From a virus, in the IMG/VR virus record IMGVR_UViG_3300050821_015011: a DNA stretch of 52,671 nucleotides, one strand, 5' to 3'. The notes under the pieces were generated by a model. That model was given only the letters and a program-made list of their open reading frames with translations. It was not told where the DNA came from and ran no database searches. The position numbers were made by a program, and so were the translations under genes. This document shows, one piece after another, positions 25,702 to 34,098 of the stretch. Positions within the stretch are counted from its first letter, which is position 1. Every line of letters begins with the position of its first letter.

Positions 25702-26031
25702 ATGCAATTCTTCAGGGCTGGAGATAGTATCTTTGCTGTCGCTGCTGTCCGACAGATGGATCTCTCCGAATTCGAGCGCAAGGGGTGGCTTTGGATCCGC
25801 CTCGACGATGGGTCTACTCATAAGCTTGATGGAGTTCCTGCCCTAGAAGCGTTGATGCGGATTTTCCCCGCGGCAGTTGAAGGCGCACGCTTCAGGTTCC
25901 GTCGGCATGCTTGGGCCTTCCATAATCTTGTAGCCCATCCTCTTCTCCAGCTGCTCGTGTGGATCGGCAAGCCGCAGCTGGGAATGAAGATCCACGACGG
26001 AACAGTACCGACACCGACCATATTGAGGTAA
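25702..26031 (+). CDS. hypothetical protein (about 109 aa)
   Basis: gcgtacaac at 25688-25696, 5 nt before the ATG. Confidence 0.45.
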   Translation: MQFFRAGDSIFAVAAVRQMDLSEFERKGWLWIRLDDGSTHKLDGVPALEALMRIFPAAVEGARFRFRRHAWAFHNLVAHPLLQLLVWIGKPQLGMKIHDGTVPTPTILR

Positions 26032-26035
26032 CCAG

Positions 26036-26365
26036 ATGGGCAAGAAAGCGCGTCCTAGAAGCTTAGGCATACGAAAAGTCACGGTTACGCTGAACGGGCT
26101 CCAGGGGCCGGTGCAGGTAGAGAAGAACGTCGACTTCACCAAGCTCAAAGACATCCCGACGCGTAAGATCGAAGCATGGCTCCGTCACGCCAGAGGCGGC
26201 GGAACGATGGCAGTTCAGCCGCAGGGCCATTACCGCTACTACACGATCGATAACCTCGTCGCCGAACTGGCGAAGCGAACTGATCGAGTCAAGGGCAACC
26301 GGAAAGAGCATCGGCGCAAGATGGTCAAGCAGAAGCGTGCAGCAGCAAAAGAGGGGCGTCCGTAA
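26036..26365 (+). CDS. hypothetical basic protein with K/R-rich tail (109 aa)
   Basis: ORF track, operon context. Confidence 0.45.
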   Translation: MGKKARPRSLGIRKVTVTLNGLQGPVQVEKNVDFTKLKDIPTRKIEAWLRHARGGGTMAVQPQGHYRYYTIDNLVAELAKRTDRVKGNRKEHRRKMVKQKRAAAKEGRP

Positions 26366-26381
26366 TCTAGCGTCTCAACAA

Positions 26382-26390
26382 TCGTACAAC
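26382..26390 (+). promoter_or_regulatory. motif-1 TCGTACAAC followed by mini-ORF ATGGCGTGA
   Basis: Motif directly abuts ATG GCG TGA, then gaggagg and the ATG at 26410. Confidence 0.5.
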
Positions 26391-26409
26391 ATGGCGTGAG
26401 GAGGCCGTC

Positions 26410-26736
26410 ATGTTTATGGTGGGTCGTGGAACGTGGCGCATATCCGTGGAGATATATGACTCGGATGATCTCTGCGCCGAGATGATCACCAAGGACAATG
26501 CGGTCAGCATCCACATCAAGACCATCAACTACAGCATGCACTACGACGTGTTTCTGAACACGTGTCCCCAGGAAGGTTGGCTCATCGGCCGGTGGCGCAG
26601 GAAGAAGGATCTGGGCGAGGGACACTGTCAGGCGCGTCTCTTCAGGTGCGAGGACGGTAGCCTCACTCTCTTCGGCACCTGGACAGAAGCCTGTACGACC
26701 CAAGAGTGGTTCGTTTTTTTGAGCCCAAGGGCTTAG
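26410..26736 (+). CDS. hypothetical Cys-containing protein (108 aa)
   Basis: TCGTACAAC at 26382-26390, then the mini-ORF ATGGCGTGA, then gaggagg Shine-Dalgarno and the ATG at 26410. Confidence 0.5.
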   Translation: MFMVGRGTWRISVEIYDSDDLCAEMITKDNAVSIHIKTINYSMHYDVFLNTCPQEGWLIGRWRRKKDLGEGHCQARLFRCEDGSLTLFGTWTEACTTQEWFVFLSPRA

Positions 26737-26755
26737 GAAGAAAGGGAGAGCGTCG

Positions 26756-27133
26756 ATGCGTGATCGTCAGGTGATTCTCGATGTTGCTGGATTCTTTCAC
26801 AAAGAGATGCATGACGCGAAGTATTACCCGATCAAAGACGAAAACCATAACGACCAAGTGGAGAGGATGTTGGTCGAGGCAGTGGAGAAGGCGAAAGCAG
26901 AGCTGGCATCCCATCGCAGAGGCAGAGCGATGCGGATCGCTCTGGATCAGATCATGCCGGGCTGGGTCTATATCGACGCCAGCAACGATCTGCCAAAGGA
27001 GAAGTGGGGAACGTTCGTGTCCGACAGTCCTGTCGAATGGTTCGAGTGGCTGACAAAGAACGGCGTACGGATGAGCGAAGCAAGCAAGCTTGTGGACAAT
27101 GCTTTCCCAGCCGGCTTGCCCAATCGAAGCTAG
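26756..27133 (+). CDS. hypothetical protein (125 aa)
   Basis: ORF track. Confidence 0.45.
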   Translation: MRDRQVILDVAGFFHKEMHDAKYYPIKDENHNDQVERMLVEAVEKAKAELASHRRGRAMRIALDQIMPGWVYIDASNDLPKEKWGTFVSDSPVEWFEWLTKNGVRMSEASKLVDNAFPAGLPNRS

Positions 27134-27138
27134 ACAAT
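27129..27138 (+). promoter_or_regulatory. motif-2 (GCTAGACAAT) element heading a 280-nt non-coding leader
   Basis: TAGACA, 17 nt, CAGTGT. No start codon follows; the next gene is at 27417. Confidence 0.4.
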
Positions 27139-27416
27139 CCATCCTAACTATTGCAGTGTGGCTTTGGACGGCTGCCGGCCAGGCGGGAAATCCTGGAACT
27201 TGATAACCGATGGAAGACCGAAGCGGTGACGGAGAGACTAAGCAGAGGGCTGTGCGCTCAACAAGGCGAAGTTGATGGCGTGTACCTACCGGGTGCCCCT
27301 GGTGAGGGAGGTCACGGCTGCCCATAGAAGCGTTGATAGTCATTCCGTAAAATTAGGTCAGCGGGGACTCTGGGCATAGAAATCCCGCCAGCCGTCGCTT
27401 TTACCTAGGAAGTCGC

Positions 27417-27896
27417 ATGATCTTCAATCACATGTATCAGCCGCACATCGATCAGCTAAAACAGGAAGCCGGGGAAGATCTTATCGGTCTCACCTCGGGT
27501 ACTTTTGACTTGTTCCATGCGATGCATCTCAGGTATCTCAATCGCTGCTGGGGAATGTGTAGACGGCTGATTGTGGGTGTCGATTCTGATGAACTTGTAC
27601 GCCACAGGAAGGGGATCGAGCGACCCATCATCCCGCAATACGAGCGACTTGGGATCGTGGCAGGTCTGAAGTGCGTCAGCGCAGCCTTCTTGATGGATTC
27701 TTACGATGACTTCTGGGGCTTAGTGGAGAAGGTCACCCCGAAGTACATCTTCAAGAATGTACCGTTCCATCAGGAGCATGATCTGCACGGCGCCAAGGTC
27801 GTTCTCGTGTCAGACGATATGGAATCGGCCACCAGCACTACTTCAATCATCCGACGAATTCGACAGGGAACGTCGATAAGGTCAGCCGGAGGCTAA
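27417..27896 (+). CDS. cytidylyltransferase-family nucleotidyltransferase (TagD/RfaE-domain-II-like)
   Basis: HIGH-type motif GTFDLFHAMHLRYLNRC. LIVGVDSDELVRHRKGIERPIIPQYERLGIVAGLKCV aligns with glycerol-3-phosphate cytidylyltransferase. Confidence 0.65.
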   Translation: MIFNHMYQPHIDQLKQEAGEDLIGLTSGTFDLFHAMHLRYLNRCWGMCRRLIVGVDSDELVRHRKGIERPIIPQYERLGIVAGLKCVSAAFLMDSYDDFWGLVEKVTPKYIFKNVPFHQEHDLHGAKVVLVSDDMESATSTTSIIRRIRQGTSIRSAGG

Positions 27897-27897
27897 A

Positions 27898-28113
27898 GTG
27901 GCGAAAGAAAACAACTGCCGGTTTTGCGATCAGCCACGTGAAGAGAGGCACAAGAAAGACTGCGCATCGGGTAAGGGCGGCCAGTTGATTGCCGTCGAAG
28001 AGACGAACGGCTTCCAATGGGTCAAGGGACGACCTGAGGGATACGAAACATTATCGGCCAGGGAGCAGTGGGCAATCGATAAACGTCTAGGAATCCTCGA
28101 CTGGGAGCCGTAA
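27898..28113 (+). CDS. small Cys-containing protein (71 aa, GTG start)
   Basis: Immediately follows the upstream stop. CRFCDQ. Confidence 0.35.
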   Translation: MAKENNCRFCDQPREERHKKDCASGKGGQLIAVEETNGFQWVKGRPEGYETLSAREQWAIDKRLGILDWEP

Positions 28114-28143
28114 TCTACGGCAACGCTGCACGTACAACTAGCC

Positions 28144-28458
28144 ATGGGACGCCGCATCATAAAGCAGCCGAATGGCATGCTCGCCTATTTCTCAGATATC
28201 GTCGACAGCTTCACGGTCATGAATATGACCAAGGAGCAGGCTTTTGATCTGCTGAAAGTCGAAATGGGTGAGCAGCTTGCCAGGGAGAAAGTTCAGGCCG
28301 GCGAAGAAGATCACAAACCATGGACTGTTGGCGTGAAGGGCACTGGCCTGGAGCGGTGGAACCACGCGCTGAAGCAGATCGAAAGGCGTCATGGTGCAGC
28401 CGAAGTCGCCGAGGTCGTCTCGTACGACAAGACGGGCGAAGTGGGCGATGAGTTCTAG
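28144..28458 (+). CDS. hypothetical protein (104 aa)
   Basis: acgtacaac at 28130-28138, 5 nt before the ATG. Confidence 0.5.
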   Translation: MGRRIIKQPNGMLAYFSDIVDSFTVMNMTKEQAFDLLKVEMGEQLAREKVQAGEEDHKPWTVGVKGTGLERWNHALKQIERRHGAAEVAEVVSYDKTGEVGDEF

Positions 28459-28460
28459 CC

Positions 28461-28937
28461 ATGGCTGATGACGATGCTTGGATCTGCGCAGATTGCGCGA
28501 CTCGGCGGATCGACGGTAATCCCTGCGAGCGATGCGGCGGACGTAAGGTTGTTCTGATCAGCGTTGTAGCTGAGATCTTCGGCAACACCAGTACGAACTT
28601 CGAGTTCGACATCTCCTGTGCGTCGTGGGTGATGCTACGCGCATTTGCTGTTGATCCAAATGGCCAACGCCAAGCTATCGAGGAATATATCTGGTTCTTG
28701 GAACGGGCTGCGATCTCTTCCAAGGCATCTCACGAAGCGCAGTTCACGCTCGCCTGGCACAAAGATATGTGCAGCAAATGTCGCGATGGGCTGTGCCTGG
28801 AGGGTCGGAGGCTTAGAGTGCAGGCAGAGGAGGTGCAACGGATCATGGGCGTGACTTGGAGAACCCTCGACGCCTTGCGTGCTCCGCTGGAGATCGAGAA
28901 CGCCAAAGAACCCCGCGAACCCGTGGATGAAGAATGA
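28461..28937 (+). CDS. zinc-ribbon protein (158 aa)
   Basis: CADCATRRIDGNPCERCGG ... CSKCRDGLC. Confidence 0.45.
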   Translation: MADDDAWICADCATRRIDGNPCERCGGRKVVLISVVAEIFGNTSTNFEFDISCASWVMLRAFAVDPNGQRQAIEEYIWFLERAAISSKASHEAQFTLAWHKDMCSKCRDGLCLEGRRLRVQAEEVQRIMGVTWRTLDALRAPLEIENAKEPREPVDEE

Positions 28938-29200
28938 GCCTCATCGAGACCATCATCGTCGTAGCCGTCGTGATCATCATGTTCGTGCTGACAGTCTTTC
29001 TCAGTGCGGCCAGCGAAGACATCAAAAAGGCTATGCGACGGACTTATGTCATGACCGATGAAGAGGCCGCAGAAGCCGACGCAGAAGCTATTGCAAGCGA
29101 CTGGAAGGCAGTTGGCGACGATATGAAGCGCGCAGCGAAGAAGGTTGCGAAGCAGCAAAGTACGCGACGTTGGCGGAAGCGGGTAGACAATCGTCGATGA
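28934..29200 (+). CDS. N-terminally membrane-anchored small protein (88 aa)
   Basis: IIVVAVVIIMFVLTVFLSAA TM helix. ATGA overlap. Confidence 0.45.
   Translation: MSLIETIIVVAVVIIMFVLTVFLSAASEDIKKAMRRTYVMTDEEAAEADAEAIASDWKAVGDDMKRAAKKVAKQQSTRRWRKRVDNRR
29182..29191 (+). promoter_or_regulatory. motif-2 (GGTAGACAAT) -35-like element
   Basis: TAGACA, 17 nt, TAGGGT, 6 nt, then the ATG at 29219. Confidence 0.45.
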
Positions 29201-29218
29201 CCCTCTTAGGGTCCAGCT

Positions 29219-29488
29219 ATGGACCTTCCAACGCCAGAGTGGAAGATCGAAAATGGTGTACATAGACTGATCGTCGGGCAACTCCGCATCGAGCTTGATA
29301 CAGTCGGTGGTGACTGGTTAGTCTGCCTGCGGCAGGACGCTTCTAGTGAGTTGTTAGGCCAGGCGTTCGTTGGATCCAGTGTTGGGCATCCAGTCCAGCG
29401 AGGCCGAGACGCAGGCCTTTGGATGGCCTTCGAGTATCTCCACAAAGAGATGAATCGAGTCTTCAAGCTCATTGACAAGGGCTGGTAA
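29219..29488 (+). CDS. hypothetical protein (89 aa)
   Basis: ATG 30 nt after motif-2. Confidence 0.45.
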   Translation: MDLPTPEWKIENGVHRLIVGQLRIELDTVGGDWLVCLRQDASSELLGQAFVGSSVGHPVQRGRDAGLWMAFEYLHKEMNRVFKLIDKGW

Positions 29489-29489
29489 A

Positions 29490-29765
29490 ATGATCACGCG
29501 AGAACAAGAAGAGGCGTTCCGAAAGCGGCTGGTACCGAAGTACGCTGAGATCGTCGAGGCAGCCTGTCGTTACGTCCACGGCAAGCTTGACTACGAATCG
29601 TTGCTCGATGTCTCCAATACTCCGCCATCAGACTACCTTGTAAAGATGCAATCATCTGAAAAGATGAGAGAAGCTGGCTCTGCTGATCTCATCGTTCTTG
29701 TCCAGGAGTTGGACCAGCTCGAAGAGGAATACCAGGCAGTCAAGTCAGTGGCATCCGCTCGGTAA
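29490..29765 (+). CDS. hypothetical protein (about 91 aa)
   Basis: TAAAATG junction (MITREQEEAF..). Confidence 0.4.
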   Translation: MITREQEEAFRKRLVPKYAEIVEAACRYVHGKLDYESLLDVSNTPPSDYLVKMQSSEKMREAGSADLIVLVQELDQLEEEYQAVKSVASAR

Positions 29766-29795
29766 GCAAGACCTTGTGGCTTCGTACAATGGCAC

Positions 29796-30047
29796 ATGGA
29801 CATGACCAACGTTACCAAGGAATTCCTGGACGCTCTGGAAGCGGTGTGGGACAAGGTTTGCGCCGATCCGTCGCTGACCACTGCTGACATGGCCGACGAG
29901 ATGGCGGACGCTTACGACATGCTCCCGATCTTCAAGGGCACCAGCTTCTCCCAACGCATCCGAGAAGCGAAACACGACGAACAGCTTCTGATGCAAGTGA
30001 CGGATGATGCATCGGAGTATGTCAGGGCGATAACTAACCGATCGTGA
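29796..30047 (+). CDS. hypothetical acidic protein (83 aa)
   Basis: tcgtacaat at 29782-29790, 5 nt before the ATG. Confidence 0.45.
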   Translation: MDMTNVTKEFLDALEAVWDKVCADPSLTTADMADEMADAYDMLPIFKGTSFSQRIREAKHDEQLLMQVTDDASEYVRAITNRS

Positions 30048-30174
30048 ACCTGCCAGCGCCATATCGCACACCGTGCCCGCCAGCTGCTCCAGTCGTGGCT
30101 AGGAAGCTTATGCTCTGGAAGCGTTTGTTTCAGGCGTTTGTAAGATGGCGTAGACAGCGGCGTAGAACCAAGAT

Positions 30175-30498
30175 ATGGCGAAGTTGGTTCTAGATGAAGC
30201 TATGACCATCGTTCAGCTCAACTGGGATCACTTCTATATGCTCGGGTTTTTCTCGGCCGATGGCCGCGCGAACCTATCGACATGGGAAGGTAGACTGGAG
30301 CTGATCGATGTCGTGGTTGTGGGCGCAAGCGATTATGACCTTGCACTGTCGATGTGGAATGCACCGCTTCGTCATCGCTGGGATCTGATCGCCATTCCGA
30401 AGGGGACCGACCCGCAGACATTTGCTCAGGAACACGGTGGCTTACACGCGATTGGCTGGCTGCTTCCCAGGCCGATTGTCCGTGATGGAGTAAAGTGA
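30175..30498 (+). CDS. hypothetical protein (107 aa)
   Basis: gcgtagaac at 30160-30168, 6 nt before the ATG. Confidence 0.45.
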   Translation: MAKLVLDEAMTIVQLNWDHFYMLGFFSADGRANLSTWEGRLELIDVVVVGASDYDLALSMWNAPLRHRWDLIAIPKGTDPQTFAQEHGGLHAIGWLLPRPIVRDGVK

Positions 30499-30860
30499 GC
30501 AGCAGCTGGAGGAACCGCGTGGAAGAACTGCGCTGTGGAAGCTGCGACTCGACTGATATTCAGACGACGCAAGAAAAGGACCTGATCTACTACGGGGAAC
30601 CAGGTCCCAACCAGGCTGTGATCCCGTGTATGGTTACAGTGCTGACCTGCAAGCGCTGCAACTGGGCTTGGATGGACGCAACTGGGGAAGACGAGCGCGC
30701 AGCGGCGATAGCGAAATGGTTAGCCTCGAATCCATACCAGTGTGGAGCATGTTGCTGGAAGGGGTCGAGGCCGAAGAGACCTCGGTTTGGAGTCGTCGAG
30801 TGTCCCGCATGTGATGGTCCAGTTTCCATCAATCCGCCAGTAATACTAGCCCAGCCGTAA
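30495..30860 (+). CDS. Cys-rich zinc-ribbon protein (121 aa)
   Basis: GTGA overlap. CGSC..CKRC..CGACC..CPAC. Confidence 0.45.
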   Translation: MSSSWRNRVEELRCGSCDSTDIQTTQEKDLIYYGEPGPNQAVIPCMVTVLTCKRCNWAWMDATGEDERAAAIAKWLASNPYQCGACCWKGSRPKRPRFGVVECPACDGPVSINPPVILAQP

Positions 30861-30869
30861 TCGTACAAC
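30861..30869 (+). promoter_or_regulatory. motif-1 TCGTACAAC
   Basis: 5 nt before the ATG at 30875. Confidence 0.5.
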
Positions 30870-30874
30870 ACCGC

Positions 30875-31153
30875 ATGTCTAGTGGCGTGCACGAAATCGG
30901 CAAGGTCTACATGCGTGAGGGCTCGGAGAAATATCCCAGCCCCTACTATATCCAGGGACACGCGCAGCAGGATGGCGTGGATGGCCTGGTGGTGCGGAGA
31001 CCTTGGTGGCCGCGGAGTAAGACATTCTGGTGCCCCGTTGACGAGGTGACATTCATCGAGATGGAGAATGCGCCTGAGTGGCGCGCGGAGTCAGAAGAGC
31101 GGACTGCACGTGAAGAGGCTGCCTGCCGTGTCGGGATTATTGTTATCGAGTAG
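30875..31153 (+). CDS. hypothetical protein (92 aa)
   Basis: TCGTACAAC at 30861-30869, 5 nt before the ATG. Confidence 0.45.
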   Translation: MSSGVHEIGKVYMREGSEKYPSPYYIQGHAQQDGVDGLVVRRPWWPRSKTFWCPVDEVTFIEMENAPEWRAESEERTAREEAACRVGIIVIE

Positions 31154-31159
31154 TAGCCA

Positions 31160-31834
31160 ATGACGAAGAAAAAGACAGATCCTGTTGTCCACAAGATCGC
31201 CTGTATTCATCACGTGACACTGAGTGGCACGCTCGCGGAACGGATTCATCCCGCGAAGACCCACAAAGAAGTCACGTTCCACTTCAAGCCGGGCGTCAAC
31301 GTCCTCTGCGGTCCGAACGGCAGTGGCAAGTCGACCATCATGGCTACGCTCTATCCGAGCAACATGAGCCCTGGAGAGCGGGAGTTCAAGATCAAGGTCG
31401 ATCCTGGACCATGTCGCCATATGGACTTCGAGAAGAACAATCCTCGCGTTCAGAGTTCGTTCAATGACTATCAACCGATGGGCTTCCAGGTCGTGGTGCG
31501 CCGGACATCTCACGGTGAAATGGTCAAGGCCTTGACTAGCGGATTCCCGAAGGCGAGCGGACTCAAGGGCGCTTGTATGCTGATGGACGAGCCTGAAGTA
31601 GCACTCGACATAGACGGCATCTTCGACATGGTGCGTGGCTTGGAACATCGGATGACCCATCCCGACGTGCACCCGATCAACCAGTATGTCATCGCGACCC
31701 ACGCGCCGGCAATATTGCTGAATCCGCTGTTCAACGTCATCGAGCTGGTGCCAGGCTACCGAGACCGTGTGAGTCGCAGCCTGGGAGCTATTCTGCACAA
31801 GGAACGGTCGGATGGACCTGGAGGAGAGCCGTGA
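31160..31834 (+). CDS. minimal ABC/RecF-type (AAA_21-like) P-loop ATPase
   Basis: Walker A GVNVLCGPNGSGKST, Walker B CMLMDEPEVALD, H-loop VIATHAP. Degenerate signature LTSGFPKASG. Confidence 0.65.
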   Translation: MTKKKTDPVVHKIACIHHVTLSGTLAERIHPAKTHKEVTFHFKPGVNVLCGPNGSGKSTIMATLYPSNMSPGEREFKIKVDPGPCRHMDFEKNNPRVQSSFNDYQPMGFQVVVRRTSHGEMVKALTSGFPKASGLKGACMLMDEPEVALDIDGIFDMVRGLEHRMTHPDVHPINQYVIATHAPAILLNPLFNVIELVPGYRDRVSRSLGAILHKERSDGPGGEP

Positions 31835-32235
31835 GCAAATACGAGAACGTCTATAGCAAGGAAGAACTAACCAAGATGGTTGCTGGCATGGAGGCAATCA
31901 GCGCTTGGTTTTACCCGCAGGCCGTCAAGGTAGGGCATCACGCATTCATCGAGTTCTGTGGCCTGATGAACGAGTACATCAACATGTGCCAGGCCTCTCT
32001 TGACCAGGGAGCCGACTTCACGAAGTCGAACGTCCACGTGGGTGGATCTCTGCCGATTGCGCCTCATCATGCGCGTTACCTGGCGGAGAAGTTCGAGTGT
32101 ATCTTCGGTCCGACGTTCGCTGCCAATCCTCGCATGGCGCTGATCTTCGCCGAGGCGGTATTCCCGGGATTCACTCTCAAAGCCAAAGAGCAGTCGACGA
32201 CTGAGCAGCCAGTCGCGGAATGTGAAGACTACTGA
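31831..32235 (+). CDS. hypothetical protein (134 aa)
   Basis: GTGA overlap with the ATPase gene. Possible partner. Confidence 0.45.
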   Translation: MSKYENVYSKEELTKMVAGMEAISAWFYPQAVKVGHHAFIEFCGLMNEYINMCQASLDQGADFTKSNVHVGGSLPIAPHHARYLAEKFECIFGPTFAANPRMALIFAEAVFPGFTLKAKEQSTTEQPVAECEDY

Positions 32236-33005
32236 TGATCCTCGACGCTCATACCCACCTTGGGAAGAAGCGGATCATCGCCAAACCACCCGACCTCATT
32301 GCATCCATGGACTCGGCGAAGATCGACAAGGCTCTCGTTTTCGCCGGTAAGTTCACAGAGACTGCGACTGAAGATCTTCTCACCCAGATCGCGCCCTATA
32401 ACGGGCGTCTCTTCGGTATCGGGTCCTGGTCGCCCAAGAACGATGAGCCGACGCCGGAACGGATCGAACAGCTTCTTCGGGAGGGCAAGATTCACGGGAT
32501 GAAATTCTATCCTGGCTACGAATACTTCTACCCTCATGATCATGTCCTACACCCGTACATGGAGCTGCTGGTCAAGTACGATCGACCTGCGATCTTCCAT
32601 TCGGGTGACACTTTCAATGGCGCGAATGGTGCGCGCCTGCGGTTTGCTCACCCGCTGGAGATCGACGACCTATCAGTAGAATTCCCGAAGCTGAAGATCA
32701 TCATCGCTCACCTGGGCAATCCGTGGGTGATTGACGCCGCAGAGGTCTGCTTCAAGAACGAAAACGTCTATGCGGATTGTTCAGGCTTTGTCTATGGCGA
32801 CTTCAAGGACAATGACTTCATGTTCTTCAGAATGGCCGTCAACGAGTTCAAGAGGGTTGCCGGCGGCCAAGACAAGGTCATCTTCGGAACCGACTGGCCG
32901 ATTTCCCATCAACAGGACTACATCCAAGCTGCGATAACCTGCTTCGACGACTGCGGCAAGGTGATGGGCACTCGGGCAGCGGAGCTGTTTGGTATCAGCA
33001 AATGA
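32235..33005 (+). CDS. amidohydrolase-2 (TIM-barrel metal-dependent hydrolase) family protein
   Basis: N-terminal MILDAHTHLG (HxH), IIIAHLG, and C-terminal VIFGTDWP aspartate motif. Confidence 0.65.
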   Translation: MILDAHTHLGKKRIIAKPPDLIASMDSAKIDKALVFAGKFTETATEDLLTQIAPYNGRLFGIGSWSPKNDEPTPERIEQLLREGKIHGMKFYPGYEYFYPHDHVLHPYMELLVKYDRPAIFHSGDTFNGANGARLRFAHPLEIDDLSVEFPKLKIIIAHLGNPWVIDAAEVCFKNENVYADCSGFVYGDFKDNDFMFFRMAVNEFKRVAGGQDKVIFGTDWPISHQQDYIQAAITCFDDCGKVMGTRAAELFGISK

Positions 33006-33023
33006 ATCAGAGGGGAGACTGAC

Positions 33024-33548
33024 ATGGGAATGACTGCCTACGCACACGTCATCGTTGGCATCCGTGTTTTCCGTCGAGACTTCATGGTGCCGGAAGGATC
33101 GGTCTGGCGTTGTGCTAATTCGCATACCCGCGAAGAAGGGAAGACGGACGCTTTTTGCTCGAAATGTGGCGCTCGCTTCAGCTCACATTCCGTCGAAAGG
33201 CCAACCGAAGGACTGATTCGGTATGCTCGAAGCATCGGAGGAGTTCCTGAAAACGTCTTCATTGATATGTGTGACGAAGACGACGACCAGGACGGCTTTG
33301 GCATCTGGCCCGTGCATCAGGTACAGACCTCTGAAGACGATGACGAGGATTCTCCCCTTGCGATCGGCTTCAAGATCTCTCCGACAAGGGACATCATGTC
33401 TGGTTCCGGCGGAACTACCCCCGCTGGTACTGAGTTCGAGAAGATCACGCAGATGACGATCGAGATCATTGGGGCGGCGAGAATGCTTTGCATTCCGGCT
33501 AAACGCCAGAATGTCGAAGTCTTTTGCTGCGTCTACGCCAGCTACTAG
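33024..33548 (+). CDS. Cys-containing acidic protein (174 aa)
   Basis: CANSH..CSKCG zinc-ribbon-like segment, acidic DEDDDQD stretch. Confidence 0.45.
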   Translation: MGMTAYAHVIVGIRVFRRDFMVPEGSVWRCANSHTREEGKTDAFCSKCGARFSSHSVERPTEGLIRYARSIGGVPENVFIDMCDEDDDQDGFGIWPVHQVQTSEDDDEDSPLAIGFKISPTRDIMSGSGGTTPAGTEFEKITQMTIEIIGAARMLCIPAKRQNVEVFCCVYASY

Positions 33549-33549
33549 C

Positions 33550-33858
33550 ATGCTTGCCGGCGCCTACACTCTCGACTTGTACTGCGACAACCCGGACTGT
33601 CCCGATGATCGTGGTAACCCGTGGCAATACTTTGCAGAGCTGGGGACAACGGCAAGACGTGAAGCTCGTGATGCCGGCTGGATCATCACTCCTGACAAGC
33701 AGATCTGTCCGAAGTGCTCAGGTAAAAAGAAGAAGCGCCACAAGCTCTCGAAAGGTTCTATGGCATCTGACAAGATGATCGCCGAGTTAATCGCAGATGG
33801 GGCCGAGGCTGTGTCGGTGACCGAGATCTGGCGCAGATCGAAGATGAAGCTTCCCTAA
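33550..33858 (+). CDS. zinc-ribbon protein (about 102 aa)
   Basis: CDNPDCPDD..CPKCSGKKKK. ATG 2 nt after the upstream TAG. Confidence 0.4.
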   Translation: MLAGAYTLDLYCDNPDCPDDRGNPWQYFAELGTTARREARDAGWIITPDKQICPKCSGKKKKRHKLSKGSMASDKMIAELIADGAEAVSVTEIWRRSKMKLP

Positions 33859-34076
33859 ATCGGCGTGTAACATGGTGGTGGCTGGGTCCAGTCAGCCCTC
33901 ATCCCGCACTGGCACTTCCCGCACACCGGACAGTATCTGTGCTTCCCCCTTAGCACTTCGATGTGGAACGTGTATAGATCTGGCCGGAACCAGACAAATA
34001 CATAGGTCTCATAGCAAAATCGGCAGAATTCATCGACTACCCATCGCTTAACTGGGGAGGGTGGAACGCCAGCCAT
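33855..34076 (-). CDS. Cys-rich small protein (73 aa)
   Basis: CRFC..CPVCGKCQC. Lone minus-strand ORF, so lower confidence. Confidence 0.3.
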   Translation of the reverse strand: MAGVPPSPVKRWVVDEFCRFCYETYVFVWFRPDLYTFHIEVLRGKHRYCPVCGKCQCGMRADWTQPPPCYTPI

Positions 34077-34098
34077 AGATGGATCATACCACGCAAGA

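Noticed and set aside
26663-27343. 226-aa minus-strand ORF covering 26756-27133 and part of the non-coding leader
   Set aside because: Antisense to a plus-strand gene within a uniformly plus-strand block, with no promoter motif on its side.
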